A DNA stretch of 64,000 bases from Octopus sinensis (Eukaryota): assembly GCF_006345805.1 (NCBI RefSeq), contig NC_043009.1, positions 61,132,001-61,196,000 on the forward strand, given 5' to 3'. A program made the position numbers and the translations under genes. Under the pieces are notes generated by a model, which saw nothing but the letters and a program-made list of their open reading frames with translations, was not told the DNA's origin and searched no databases. Position 1 is the first letter of the stretch, and each line of letters begins with the position of its first letter. Of this stretch, positions 1 through 10,520 are shown piece by piece.

Positions 1-290
1 ACTCTTAAGGTGTGGTAAGATGAGCTGGAACTTAACTTGATACTATAATTTTAAGATAGATAAGGAGTTGTGTGTGTATATATATATATATTACGGAAAT
101 GTACTTGCATAGCAAGTGACCTGATTTGAGATCATGTGCTGGAATGAAAACAATTGCAGTGTGGAAGGTGTTTATAAGCCATTTAAGAAACACACAAAAA
201 CTGTTAGATTTACTTCAACATTTAAATTTAATTTGCCAAAATATTTTCGTTGCTTTGAGACTGCGACCTGTTCACTGACAAAATTCCATG

Positions 291-333
<43 letters not shown>

Positions 334-353
334 CACACACACACATACACACA

Positions 354-1183
354 CAGGGTGTGATAAATAGATTATCATCTAATTTCTGCAAAAATGAAAA
401 TAACACTGACATTTCACTTTAACAGATATATTTACCAAAATTACATAAAAATATCTTGAAATACTAAAGAGTAAATTTATTCAATAAAATTGCCATTGGC
501 TTCAACCACAGCCTCCAGACAACTTCAGAATCTCCTGCAACTCTTCTGGACGGTCTCTTTGTTTAAGTTGGTGAATGCTGCCATAATCCTTGCCTTCAGT
601 TCATCTTTGGTGTTACAAGGAGTTTTGTTGGTCTCTTGCTCAACTGTGCCCCCACACATAATAACGAAGGGGGTTGCAGTTTGGGGAGTTAGGTAGCCAG
701 ATGTTAAGGGTGATGAGGTTGCAGAAATTATCTGACAGCCATGACTGGGTTCTCTTGCTTGTGTGGCATAGTGCAGAGTCCTGTTGCCAGACATAGGGTC
801 TTCCCACAGCCACCCTCTTGACCCAGGGTAGCACTACCTCCTCCAGGCACTCTGTGTTGAGTGTGAGGCCGTGTGGGAAGATAAATGGAGGCATAACGTT
901 GCCATCACTAGTGATCACTCCAAACACCATGATGTTGACTGGATGTTTGATTTTTATTACTCTCGGTACATGTTCATACTGGAGCTTCTGGCATGAATGC
1001 CAAGCAGTACAGCATGTCAATTCCAAATTTCTGGCAGAGTGAATTGCATCATGGTGCTGTTTTTCTCGCAGACAGTGCCCAACTGACCCTACTATACTGT
1101 GTAGTCAACAAAATCAAAAACAAACAATACACATGTGCAAAATTAAAAATATAAAATAGCAACAATTTACCCATTGCATCCTG
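354..1183 (-). mobile_element. Internally deleted Tc1/mariner-superfamily transposon, DD37D (maT)-like spacing, defective
   Basis: ORF 640-1026(-) encodes MVFGVITSDG...YVWQQDSALCH...WLPNSPNCNPLRYYVWG, with 37 residues between the second Asp and the third catalytic position (here Arg). The C-terminus continues in another frame (NTKDELKARIMAAFTNLNKETVQKSC). Short imperfect termini CAGGGTG (354-360) and CATCCTG (1177-1183) followed by TA. Confidence 0.8.
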
Positions 1184-1270
1184 TATGTGTGTGTGTGTGT
1201 GTATGTAGATAAGCTAGAGTTGTGTGTCTTTTCTAAGGGTCAACCTTTTAGCTAAACATATTGATAGATT

Positions 1271-1527
1271 ATTTACATTCGATGGATATTTGTCCTCATC
1301 TTGTTTGTTGTTAACATGTTTCGGCTGATATACCTTCCAGCCTTCTTCAGGTGTCTTGGGGAAATTTCGAACCTGGGTTCTCATTCCTAAGGTATTTTTC
1401 GAGAAGCCAGGTTTGAAATTTTCCCAAAACACCTGAAGAAGGCTGGAGGGTATATCAGCCGAAACGTTGTGTTAACAACAAACAAGAGGAGGACAAATAT
1501 CCGTCAAATGTAAACAATGTAAATAAT
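1271..1527. mobile_element. Fold-back (inverted repeat) remnant of a Penelope-like element terminal repeat
   Basis: Arm 1271-1382 is the near-perfect reverse complement of arm 1401-1527; both carry hammerhead-type CTGAAGA...GAAAC motifs. Confidence 0.75.
1428..1473 (+). ncRNA. Minimal type-I hammerhead ribozyme motif, canonical core
   Basis: AACAC (stem I) CTGAAGA A GGCTGG-agggtata-TCAGCC (stem II) GAAAC GTT GTGTT (stem I). Stem III is only the palindrome ACGT; predicted cleavage after 1468. Confidence 0.75.
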
Positions 1528-1803
1528 GTACATAATTCCTCATCTCTTAAATATAGAACTGTATTATATTGACAGATGTTTTTAAGAAATAGTCAACCGT
1601 AGAAAAGACATGATTTTTCTGTCATTTAATGAAAGTTTTCCTCTCAAAACCAGATTTGTCTTGTTTGAGTAAGAAAGGGTTAAGAGACTCAAACCTCAAC
1701 TGGGAACATAGAAAACCATGATGACTAATATATGTGCGTACTTTATTGAGTAATAAATTTAGTTCTTATCTACTAATTTCTTGATTGTTTCTCTCTCTTT
1801 CAG

Positions 1804-1969
1804 TTGATGGCTTAGATGTACGGGTGAGAGGCCTTAAGATCCAGTCTTCTAAAGAACGCACTCTTGGATTCGATCGAGATTTCTTCTGCGAGAGGAAGCT
1901 TTTCCGTTATCCTCGTCTTGAGGCTTATACCCCCGATGAGTTGTACTACAGATCTATAGCTTTGCAAAG
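1804..1969 (+). CDS. HECTD3: HECTD3 E3 ubiquitin ligase, first coding exon in window (end of DOC domain)
   Basis: AG at 1802-1803, GTAAG at 1970. Encodes DGLDVRVRGLKIQSSKERTLGFDRDFFCERKLFRYPRLEAYTPDELYYRSIALQR, matching recalled vertebrate HECTD3 DGIDVRLRGVKIKSS...VRYPRLEG...LYRRAVLLQR. Confidence 0.93.
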
Positions 1970-2193
1970 GTAAGCCTTTATTAACCCAGCCTATCTTGTT
2001 TGAGAAGAACACTAGAAATAAGGGACAGGCCCTCTTTTGTTCTTTTTACTTCAGTAACTATCTGGATTGTGCTATGTGACATCACTTGGCAATCTAACTT
2101 CTTCTTCAAAATAATGAACGCAATCAACAGTATCACTCCTATTGACATATTGTTTATACTAAGTGTAACAGCTTAATGGAAGTCTAGTTTGTA

Positions 2194-2751
2194 TTGGGTT
2201 GTCCGGAAAGTTTGTGCTGATTTATAGTAGCTTACCTTTCGACTTATTTTAGAACATGGTTGAGTCCATAAAATAGGATTTGACTACACCTCCATTTAGA
2301 GCACAGTTTAAGCTATCTTTTCGTGGAAGAAGGTTTATGTTCCTATCATAATTCTGTAACCCTTTAAAATGGAAGATAAGAAAGTTCATTTTTGGCACTT
2401 GATGCTTTGGGAACCAGACAAAAATTGCTGCAGCTTGGCTGAGATGTGTTACCCCACCCTCCATATTCACCAGATATTGCTCCTTCGGATTTCCACTTAT
2501 TCAGATCTCTAGAGAATAGTCTTAATGGTAAAAATTTCAATTCCTTGGATGACATAAAAAGATACCTTGATGAATTCTTTGCCATGAAACCCCTCAATAC
2601 TGGGAAGAGGGTATTTTCAAGTTAAAGGAAAGATGGAGACGCATTGTGCAACAAAATGGTTCATATTTAGTTGATTAAGAATTTAATGGCAAGTATTTAT
2701 TGACCTTTTTCTTTCCTTTAAAAATCGGCATGAACTTTCCGGACAACCCAA
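2194..2751 (+). mobile_element. Mariner (DD34D-type) deletion derivative with about 30-bp TIRs
   Basis: TIR TTGGGTTGTCCGGAAAGTTTGTGCTGATTT after TA (2192-2193), with its reverse complement ending 2751. Internal HPPYSPDIAPSDFHLFRSLENSLNGKNFNSLDDIK at about 2452-2560 is the mariner YSPDLAPSD motif. Confidence 0.88.
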
Positions 2752-2852
2752 TCCTAGTTGAGTTGTAATGTAGATTATACTGAGGTCAATAGTTTAACAG
2801 CGATATACTTTATAATGATTTTAGCATAAAAACAGGAAATATAATTTATACT

Positions 2853-3080
2853 TTAATCCTTTAGCATTTCAACCAGTCGTATCAGGTTCAAATATTCTAC
2901 CAGTTTTATGTTAAAACTGGCCAGTTCTGGCCTCTCATACCTACCTTACAATGTCATTATAAAAATAAACAATGATATCATTGAAATCTCGAAACTATGA
3001 GATGATGTATGATTAATTCCAAACTATGCGAATCAACAGGCATTATGTTTGACAGAGTAATCTTGATGCTAGAGGCTTAC
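2853..3080. mobile_element. piggyBac-type MITE, family with TTAA-CCCTTTAGCATT termini (degenerate copy)
   Basis: Begins TTAATCCTTTAGCATT. Related copies at about 10798-10965, 32787-33010, 33060-33208 and 53467-53668; the 32787 copy ends AATACTAAAGGG-TTAA. Confidence 0.6.
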
Positions 3081-3159
3081 AGAAATATAAATACTGATTT
3101 AACAGTTTTACAGAAGTAGACTTTATACTGAGTTTAATATAACACAAGTATAGCTTAAC

Positions 3160-3650
3160 CATCATCATCATCATCATCATCATCTGCATTTAATCCCTAC
3201 ATTCCATGCTGGCATGGGTCAGACAGTTTGACTTGGAACTGGTAAGCCAGGGAGCTGCACCAGGTTCCAATCTGATTTGGTATGGTTTCTACAACTGGAT
3301 GCCCTTTCTAATGCCAACCACTCCAAGAGTGTAATGGGTGCTTTTATGTGCCACCAGCATGGGTACCATTTACATGTCACCAGCAGTGGTCACGACTATA
3401 ATTTCATGGATGCCATTTGCACGACACTGGGAGGGTGCCATTTACCTGACACCAGCAACAACTACAGCCATGATTTCACTTAATTTGAGGGGTCTTCGCA
3501 GCACAGCACCACCAAAGGTGTCGGTCACATGTCGTCATCTCTGTGAGGCCCAATATTCGAAAGATCATGCTACCGGCAACTATGATTTCATGGGTGCCAT
3601 TCACATGACACTGGCATTGGTCGCAACTACAATTTCACTGGGCTTACAGC
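3160..3650 (-). mobile_element. RTE-clade LINE 3' end (5'-truncated), (GAT)n tail
   Basis: Reverse complement of the recurrent tail AAAAGCACC...GGAAGGGCATCCAGCTGTAGAAAC...CCCATGCYAGCATGGAA...GATGATGAT. Confidence 0.65.
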
Positions 3651-3799
3651 AATGTTTAACAAAAATATTCTTAATTCTGAGTTTATCATGGCAGAAATTA
3701 AGGTCTTAACACAAGGACAGAGGATCATGACTGAGAACAAGATGTGCAGAAATGTTCTGGTCCCCTTCACACTATCCCATCCTACATTGTACCATAATT

Positions 3800-4385
3800 T
3801 CACCCCCATATGTTGTGCTTGAGAAGACCCAGCAAGCCAAGTGAGACTGTAACCGTGGCCTATGCCAGTGCAGCATAACCAGCCTATTTAAGAGTACCCT
3901 TCAATCATTGGGCGATAAACAGCGCTTGCGAAGACCTGTTGAGTTAAGTGAAGACATTGTCATGGTCGATGCTAGTGCCACCTGATTGGCACCCGTGCCA
4001 GTAGCATATAAAAAGCACCATTCGAACGTTGTCGATGCCAGTACCAGCTGACTGGCTCCCATGCTGCTAGCACGTAAAAAGCACCATTCGAGTGGGGTCG
4101 TTGCCAGTGCTACCTGACTGGCACTTGTGCCAGTGGGATATAAAAAGCACCATTCGAGCATGGTCATTGCCAGTGCCACCTACTGGCCCCCATGCTGGTG
4201 GCACGTAAAAAGCACTTACTACACTTTCGGAGTGGTTAGCATTAGGAAGGGCATCCAGCTGTAGAAACACTGCCAGATTGGAGCCTGGTGCAGCCTTCTT
4301 GTTTGCCAGCCCTTAGTCAAACCATCCAACCCATGCCAAAATGGAAAACAGACGTTAAACGACGACAGTGATGATAATGATCCTT
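3800..4385 (+). mobile_element. RTE-clade LINE 3' end with about 66-bp tandem repeats in the 3' UTR
   Basis: Putative ORF end YVVLEKTQQAK* near 3807-3845, four units carrying AAAAGCAC (about 4011-4215), then the conserved tail. Confidence 0.65.
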
Positions 4386-4448
4386 CAATGTGTTCTGATG
4401 TAACCACCCTCCTCTTTGTGTTGTCTCACCTCAGCTCTTATCTTTCAG

Positions 4449-4530
4449 GTTCATATCCTTATTAGACAGTGTGCTATCTTACATTGTACCTAAGTGGAGT
4501 CATCAATACAAGTCGACACTGGATCTGGAG
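4449..4530 (+). CDS. HECTD3: HECTD3 coding exon
   Basis: TTTCAG/...GAG-GTAAT; encodes (R)FISLLDSVLSYIVPKWSHQYKSTLDLE; phase 2 in, phase 0 out. Confidence 0.9.
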
Positions 4531-4794
4531 GTAATTTGTTACAACAATCTCACATTGGTATTTTCATAATACTGTCAAAGACACACCACCCCTGTGGCTT
4601 ACTATACAGGCTGGTTCAAAAGTTCCATTGACATGTTTTCTTTTTTTACCTTTTTACCTCTGTGACATTCTAAATGCTCAGGCATGGCCTCTGTGATAAG
4701 AGGTTTGCTTCTCAACCACATGGTCTCCCACGTGGTAGACTTGATAATTATTGGCAATGAAACCGTTGGTAACCTTGTTAACTTGCAAATAAAG

Positions 4795-5180
4795 TATATA
4801 TATATATATATTACCGTGATTGACCAGGCTATCAGATGTTGCTACACATCACTGGTCACAATGCGCTTCGCACTGTTTTAGCCTTCAAATGATGCCACCC
4901 CGCAGGTTAAGCGAGCAGGCCATATATATATGTATATATATGATATAAATATGTGTGTGTGTGTGTATATATATATATGCATATATACATGCATATATGT
5001 ACGTACATACATCTATATATATATATATGCATATATACATGCATATATGTACATACATACATACATCTATATGTATATATATATATATGTATGTATATAT
5101 ATGTACACACACCCACACACAAACACAGTCACATATACACTCATATACTTGCACATGCTCATGTAGGTATGTATGTATGT
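4795..5180. repeat. (TA)n/(TG)n/(CATA)n compound microsatellite
   Basis: Direct inspection; source of the spurious YI-rich ORFs. Confidence 0.9.
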
Positions 5181-5286
5181 TCGTATTAAGCATATATTCT
5201 TATTGTTTCCAATACATACCAACTGTAGTAGTGTCCTCTCCCACCAAGTTACCAAAGTCATCTTGTGTCTCTTTCTTCCGTTTCAG

Positions 5287-5363
5287 TCGATAAGGCAATT
5301 ATTACCGTTATCACAGATGAGACCCTTAATGGTTGAAACATTCCTCAGGGAAACAGTTAAAGA
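5287..5363 (+). CDS. HECTD3: HECTD3 coding exon
   Basis: TTTCAG/...GA-GTAAGT; encodes SIRQLLPLSQMRPLMVETFLRETVK(E); compare vertebrate QVKQFLLLSRQRP; phase 0 in, phase 2 out. Confidence 0.85.
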
Positions 5364-5429
5364 GTAAGTATTTCGATATTGTTGTTTAGCCCTTAATCTA
5401 ACAGAACTGTGATCAAAGACATTACATCC

Positions 5430-6120
5430 ATGACCCTCACTCTCTTTTCTCTTTCTCTCTCATCTCTCTCCCATACACTTTCTGTCTCCTCTTTCTTACA
5501 CCAATCTCGCTATTTCTTTCTCACTTTCTTTGAGTCTCTCTCTGTCTCTTTTTCTCTGTATCTCCTCCATCTCCCTCCCTCTCTCTCTCTCTCTCTCTGA
5601 TACACTATATCACCCTGGCTCCTCCTCTCTCTCTTTCTCTTGCTATGTCTTTTTATTCTTATACATTCTTAGTTACTCCTGTTCTCTCCTCCTCCCCTAC
5701 TGCACTCTCCTCCCTTGTCACTCATCCTCTCTCTGTCTTTCTTTCACTGTTTCTTTCTCTCTCTCTCTCTCTCTCTTGTCCACCTGTCTGTCTGTCTGTC
5801 TCTCTCTCTTTCGTCCACCTGTCTCTCTCTCTCTCGTCCACCTGTCTCTCTCTACTGCACTCTCCTCTCTTGTCACTCTTCTTCTCTCTGTCTTTCTTTC
5901 ACTGTTTCTCTCTCTCCCTCTTGTCCACCTGTCTCTATCTCTCTCTCTCTCTTGTCCACCTGTCTGTCTCTCTTTCTCTCTCTCTTGTCCACCTGTCTCT
6001 CTTTCTCTCACTCTCTCTCGTCCACCTGTCTCTCTCTCTCGTCCACCTGTCTCTCTTTCTCTCGTCTACCTGTCTCTCTCTCATCCACCTGTCTCTCTCT
6101 CTCATCCACCCGTCTCTATA
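5430..6120. repeat. CT-rich polypyrimidine tract with GTCCACCTGTCTCTCTC minisatellite
   Basis: About 11 copies or variants of GTCCACCTGT separated by (CT)n, and a duplicated block of about 70 bp (near 5698 and 5852). Confidence 0.9.
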
Positions 6121-6148
6121 TCCCGTCTGTAATTCCATTTTTCTGCAG

Positions 6149-6307
6149 AAGACCTCTAGATGTTCGGATATTGTTCATAAACAGACGAGCTGCCACTGAA
6201 CATCGTGCTGACCCACAGAAAGATTCTACCTGTAAGAACACAGTGTTTATGCAGGTATTCGAAGGTTTAAAACCCAAAGAGAAGAAAGCAAAACATTTGA
6301 ATTACCG
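6149..6307 (+). CDS. HECTD3: HECTD3 coding exon
   Basis: CTGCAG/...CG-GTTCGT; encodes [52 protein letters not shown](R); compare LYINRRLAMEHRA...CKNAVFTQVYEGLKP. Confidence 0.92.
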
Positions 6308-6384
6308 GTTCGTTCCTTCCGTTTGTTTCCTTTTTATATTTTTGTTTACTTTTATATTTTTTCGTTTCTTTTGCTTGTTTTAAT

Positions 6385-7000
6385 CATATTGACTGTGACC
6401 ATGCTGGAGCACCGCCTTTAGTCGAGCAAATCGACCCCTGGGACTTGCTCTTTGACAGCCTAGTACCTATTCTATCAGTCTCTTTTGCTAAGTTATGGGG
6501 ACTTAAACACACCAACATCGGTGTCAAGCAGTGATGGGGGTGGACAAACACAGAGACACAAACATATACACACACATACACACACACACACACACATATA
6601 TATATCATCATCGTTTAATGTCCGCTTTCAATGCTAACATGGGTTGGACGATTTGACTGAGGTCTGGCGAACCAGACTCCAAGCTGATCTAGCAGAGTTT
6701 CTACAGCTGGATGCCCTTCCTAACGCCAACCACTCCAAGAGTGTAGTGGGTGCTTTTACGTACCACCGGCACTAGGGCCAGTTAGGTGGTACTGGCAACG
6801 GCCATGCTCAAGTGGTGCTTATACACATATATATATACATATATGACGGGCTTCTTCCAGTTTCCATCTACCAAATCCACTCACAAGGCTTTGGTCGGCC
6901 CGAGGCTATAGTAGAAGGCACTTGCCCAAAATGTCACACAGTGGGACTGAGCCCGAGACCATGTGGTTAGTAAGCAAGCTAATTACCACACAGCCACACT
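6385..7000 (-). mobile_element. tRNA-derived SINE family B with an RTE 3' tail (6605-6820) nested in its internal microsatellite
   Basis: Tail module with GGCGGTGCTCCAGCATGG (6385-6560) and head module with A/B boxes (6843-7000) flank the RTE tail. Confidence 0.75.
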
Positions 7001-7109
7001 TATTCACATTTTTTCCAGTGGTATGTATTTCTTTATACTCCATGTTTTACACCTGGGGATTAATGTCAGGTGTTTGTGTCTGATTATTGTTATTACACTT
7101 GTTGTGCTT

Positions 7110-7301
7110 CCCAACCACAAAGGTTTTGGTTCAGTCCCACTGTGTGGAACTGAACACTATAGCCCCTTGCTGATCAAAGCCTTGTGAGTAGATTTGGTGG
7201 ATGGAAACTGAAAGAAGCCCATCGTGTAAATATATATACACACAGACATATACACATATATATATAGATATACATACATACATACATACATATATATATA
7301 T

Positions 7302-7351
<50 letters not shown>

Positions 7352-7700
7352 GCACCTATATATATATGCACACACACACACACATAAATAAGCATACATA
7401 TATATACATACACATATATGCACACACACACGTGTGTGTGTTTGTGTGTATATATATGTATGTGTGTATACACTTATGTATGTGAGTGTGTGTATATTTG
7501 TGTCTCCTTGCCTTGACATTGTGTGATCATTGTCTACGAAACTCGTTTTCAGTATTCTATGAAAAAACATGTCTGGTCATGGAGAAGTATTACTTTGCTT
7601 GGAAACAGGTGAGGGTTGGCAACAGGAAGGCCATCCAGCTGTAGAAAATCTGCCTCAATGAATTCTGTCTGACCCATGCAAGTATGGGGAAAGTGGACGT
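7110..7700 (+). mobile_element. SINE family B head plus microsatellite plus alternative RTE-like tail
   Basis: GGTTCAGTCCCACTGTGTGG...GAAACTGAAAGAAGCCC head, (TA)n, then a tail ending CCCATGCAAGTATGGGGAAAGTGGACGTTAAAAC. Confidence 0.65.
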
Positions 7701-7850
7701 TAAAACAGCTGTGCCATGCTTACTTCAGCAGAGAACATGAATGTTAAATGATGAGGATGATGGACAAAACTCTGAAGAAATGCATTCACACTATGAGCAC
7801 GTTGTCTTCTTTAGGGCTTCTTTGGACCACATCACCTATTGTATCTTTTC

Positions 7851-8267
7851 CTTACTTTTTTTACTCATTTACTTGTTTCAGTCATTTGACTGTGGCCATG
7901 CTGGAGCACCGCCTTTAGTCAAGCACATCGACCCCAAGGACTTCTTCTTTGGAAGCCTAGTACTTATTCTATCGGTCTCTTTTGCTGAATCGCTAAGTTA
8001 TGGGAACATAAACACACCAGCATCGGTTGTCAAGCGATGTTGGGGAGACAAACACACACACACAAACGTACAAACACACACACACACACACATATACATA
8101 TATATATATACGCCGGGCTTCTTTCAGTTTCTGCCTACCAAATCCACTCACAAGGCTTTAGTCGGCCCGAGGCTATAGTAGAAGACACTTGCCCAAGGTG
8201 CCATGCAGCAGGACTGAACCTGGAACCGTGTGGTTGGTAAGCAAGCTACTTACCACACAGCCACTCC
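7851..8267 (-). mobile_element. tRNA-derived SINE family B, near complete
   Basis: Reverse strand GGAGTGGCTGTGTGGTAAG (A box)...GGTTCAGTCC (B box)...CCTTGGGCAAGTG, internal (TA)(TG) tract, tail ending ACTGAAACAAGTAAA. Confidence 0.85.
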
Positions 8268-8606
8268 TACGCCTTGATGTGCAAGGAGAGAGATTTGGCT
8301 GCTATTTTTAACATGTCAGGTGACCCTGTAGAGGCCCTGTCATTGTGTTACATTTGGCATTTACATCCAGTTGTTGTTGTTGTTTTGCTCCACATCAGCA
8401 CTGACTGAGCTGTCCTGCGGCTTGCAGGTCATTGGCTCTCTCTATCTGTCTGTCTGTCTATATATATGCACACACACACACACACATATACATACATCAT
8501 GTAATTGGATGGCTGTTGGTCACCACTTTTTGTTGTTTACATTATTTTGTTTTTTTTATCTTTCTGTCTACTTATGTTGTATGTTTTGTATTTTTTTTAT
8601 TATTAG

Positions 8607-8775
8607 TTGGCCCAACAAATACGACCAGTGGTGGGAGTGTAAATTCTTGATGGAAGGGATCATTGATCAAGGAGGAGGTTTCCGTGATAGTCTATCAGAC
8701 ATTTCTGAAGAACTGTGTCCAAGCTGTTTGGATACTTCAGTACCTCTGCCTTGCTTTATTCGCTCCCCAAATCAG
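8607..8775 (+). CDS. HECTD3: HECTD3 coding exon, start of HECT domain
   Basis: TATTAG/...CAG-GTAAAA; encodes [56 protein letters not shown], near-identical to the HECTD3 motif [35 protein letters not shown]. Confidence 0.97.
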
Positions 8776-8839
8776 GTAAAAACAAGACAGATTCACTTTG
8801 TTCTCTTGAAAATTACTCATTCTTTCCTCAGTCTATCTC

Positions 8840-9195
8840 ATCATCATAATTTAATGTCCATTTTCCATGCTGACATGGGTTGGTTGGTTTACCAGGAGCT
8901 GACCATCTAAAGGGCTGTTCAGGTGCCGTCTTTGTTTTAGCATGGTTTCTATGGCTGGATGCCCTTCCTAGCACCAACCACTTTACAGAGTGTACTGGGT
9001 GCTTTTACACAGCACTGGCATGGGTGCTTTTATATGGCACCAGCACCTTCAAGCCTGCCAGATTAGGGATGCTCAGTTGGGGAGGGTTGCGAGGAATGAG
9101 CCTGTATGCAAGGGCAACCATGCTTCTACTTAGCTTGACATGCCTTTTCAAGCACAGCAAACCACCAGGTGTCTTGATCTATTTTTCTCACTGAT
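8840..9195 (-). mobile_element. RTE-clade LINE 3' tail, degenerate
   Basis: CATCATAATTTAATGTCCATTTTCCATGCTGACATGGGTTGG...GGATGCCCTTCCTAGCACCAACCACTTTACAGAGTG. Confidence 0.6.
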
Positions 9196-9394
9196 TCCCT
9201 ATCTACCTGGACAGATTAGTCAACTCTCTCTCTTTCTCTCTCTATTTGTTGTCTCTCTCATTCAGCTTCCCGTTATGCAGATACAATACTGATTTTCCAG
9301 GACCTTTGGTGCCAAAACCTTTCCAGTTAACTGATTTTTTCCCAAAACCAGGGGTGGTCACCTTTGCCAACATACTCTAAATGAAACAAATGTT

Positions 9395-9601
9395 GAGCTG
9401 GCAGAAACGTTAGCACGCCGGGCGAAATGCGTGGCCGTATTTCATCTACTGTTATGTTCTGAGTTCAAATTCCACCACGGTCGACTTTGCCTTTCATCCT
9501 TTCAGGGTCGATAAATTAAGTACCAGTTACGCACTGGGGTCGACTTGTCTGTCCTTGTTTGTCCCCTCTGTGTTCAGCCCCTTGTGGGTAGTAAAGAAAT
9601 A
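9395..9601 (+). mobile_element. tRNA-derived SINE family A (possibly Octopus OR-type)
   Basis: GAGCTGGCAGAAACGTTAGC A box, GAGTTCAAATTCC B box, GTCGACTTTGCCTTTCATCC...GTAGTAAAGAAATA tail. Further copies at about 10560-10690(-), 14262-14492(-), 20872-21060(+), 21170-21556(-), 30625-30780(+), 32035-32250(+), 43675-43870(-), 45825-45990(-), 48722-48930(-), 49040-49950(-, three), 58250-58875(-) and 59605-60050(-, two). Confidence 0.85.
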
Positions 9602-10270
9602 GATTTACTTAAATGACTAAAAGAATACAGGTACTTGTACATTAGTATAGATGATTCAAGTTTATTAATACCGTACTGTGCAAGGTACCAATAAGCTAAA
9701 CTAAAGGCCACGAAAATTTGAAATTCCTAATCATAAACTAGTGCGGATTATAAGTGGTTTTGGAAAGTCAGAGTTATACCTGTTTAGCCCTTCTTATGTT
9801 GGAAATCTTATGACTTCCTGTCATGCACAATAAAGGTGAGCTGACTATAGTTTTGTAGAGACTGTGCAGAAAGAGAGGTGACAATGAATGGCTCCTTTAA
9901 TACTGTCCCTGGAAGTGGCTGTGTGCTCTGTGGTCAGTGGTTAGACCTTAGAAGGTCTAGAGTCAAAGACTTCGACTCGATGAATCGCTGAAGTTTTATA
10001 GCAAGCTATCGGCGCAAACAGAGATTTAGGAAAGACGGTGTCACAGGACCTTATCAGAAGGATGCGATTGGTTAGGTTGCACATTGGTGCATAATAGAGC
10101 AAGAGACAAATTGTACCAATACCAACCAATCAGAGTAGTGGACACAACAGGGTGCAAAAGGGCAGCTGAAGGCTAGCTGTTATCTACTACGTCCGTACAT
10201 ATGTATGTTTAACAGAGAGAGAGAGAGTCCACTACAGTTTCAACACCGGCGAAAAGCTGATATTTGACTT

Positions 10271-10520
10271 AAACTGTCACATCGAACATCCTAAATCTGA
10301 CACAAACTGTCACATTTAACAATGTGTATCAAGGTAACCAGCCCCAAACTGTCACATTTTATGTCTTTGTAGTGCATCACATCTAATGTCACAAACTGTC
10401 ACATCAAGCATCTTAAGTCAGAGGGGTCTGTTACAGACTGTCACGTCTAAAATTTTTCATGTGTAGTCTTTCACTGTAACATCTTAGATCTGTATGAACT
10501 GTAACAAATTTGTCACATCA
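10271..10520. repeat. Diverged minisatellite with recurring AAACTGTCACAT motif
   Basis: Exact 12-mers at 10271, 10304, 10346 and 10393, plus variants near 10435, 10472, 10496 and 10509. Confidence 0.75.

Noticed and set aside
5530-6199. Leu/Ser-rich and Arg/Glu-rich ORFs of 97-222 aa
   Set aside because: Translation of the CT minisatellite; only 6149-6307 is supported as coding.
6254-6260. Internal donor CAG-GTATTC within exon 6149-6307
   Set aside because: Use would be phase 0 against a phase-2 acceptor at 8607, causing a frameshift, and would drop the conserved VFEGLKP segment.
9395-9480. tRNA genes at SINE heads
   Set aside because: A and B boxes are present but there is no complete cloverleaf, and each runs into a SINE body.
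10271-10520. CRISPR array
   Set aside because: Repeat only 12 bp, spacers partly related and irregular, no cas genes, eukaryotic intron.
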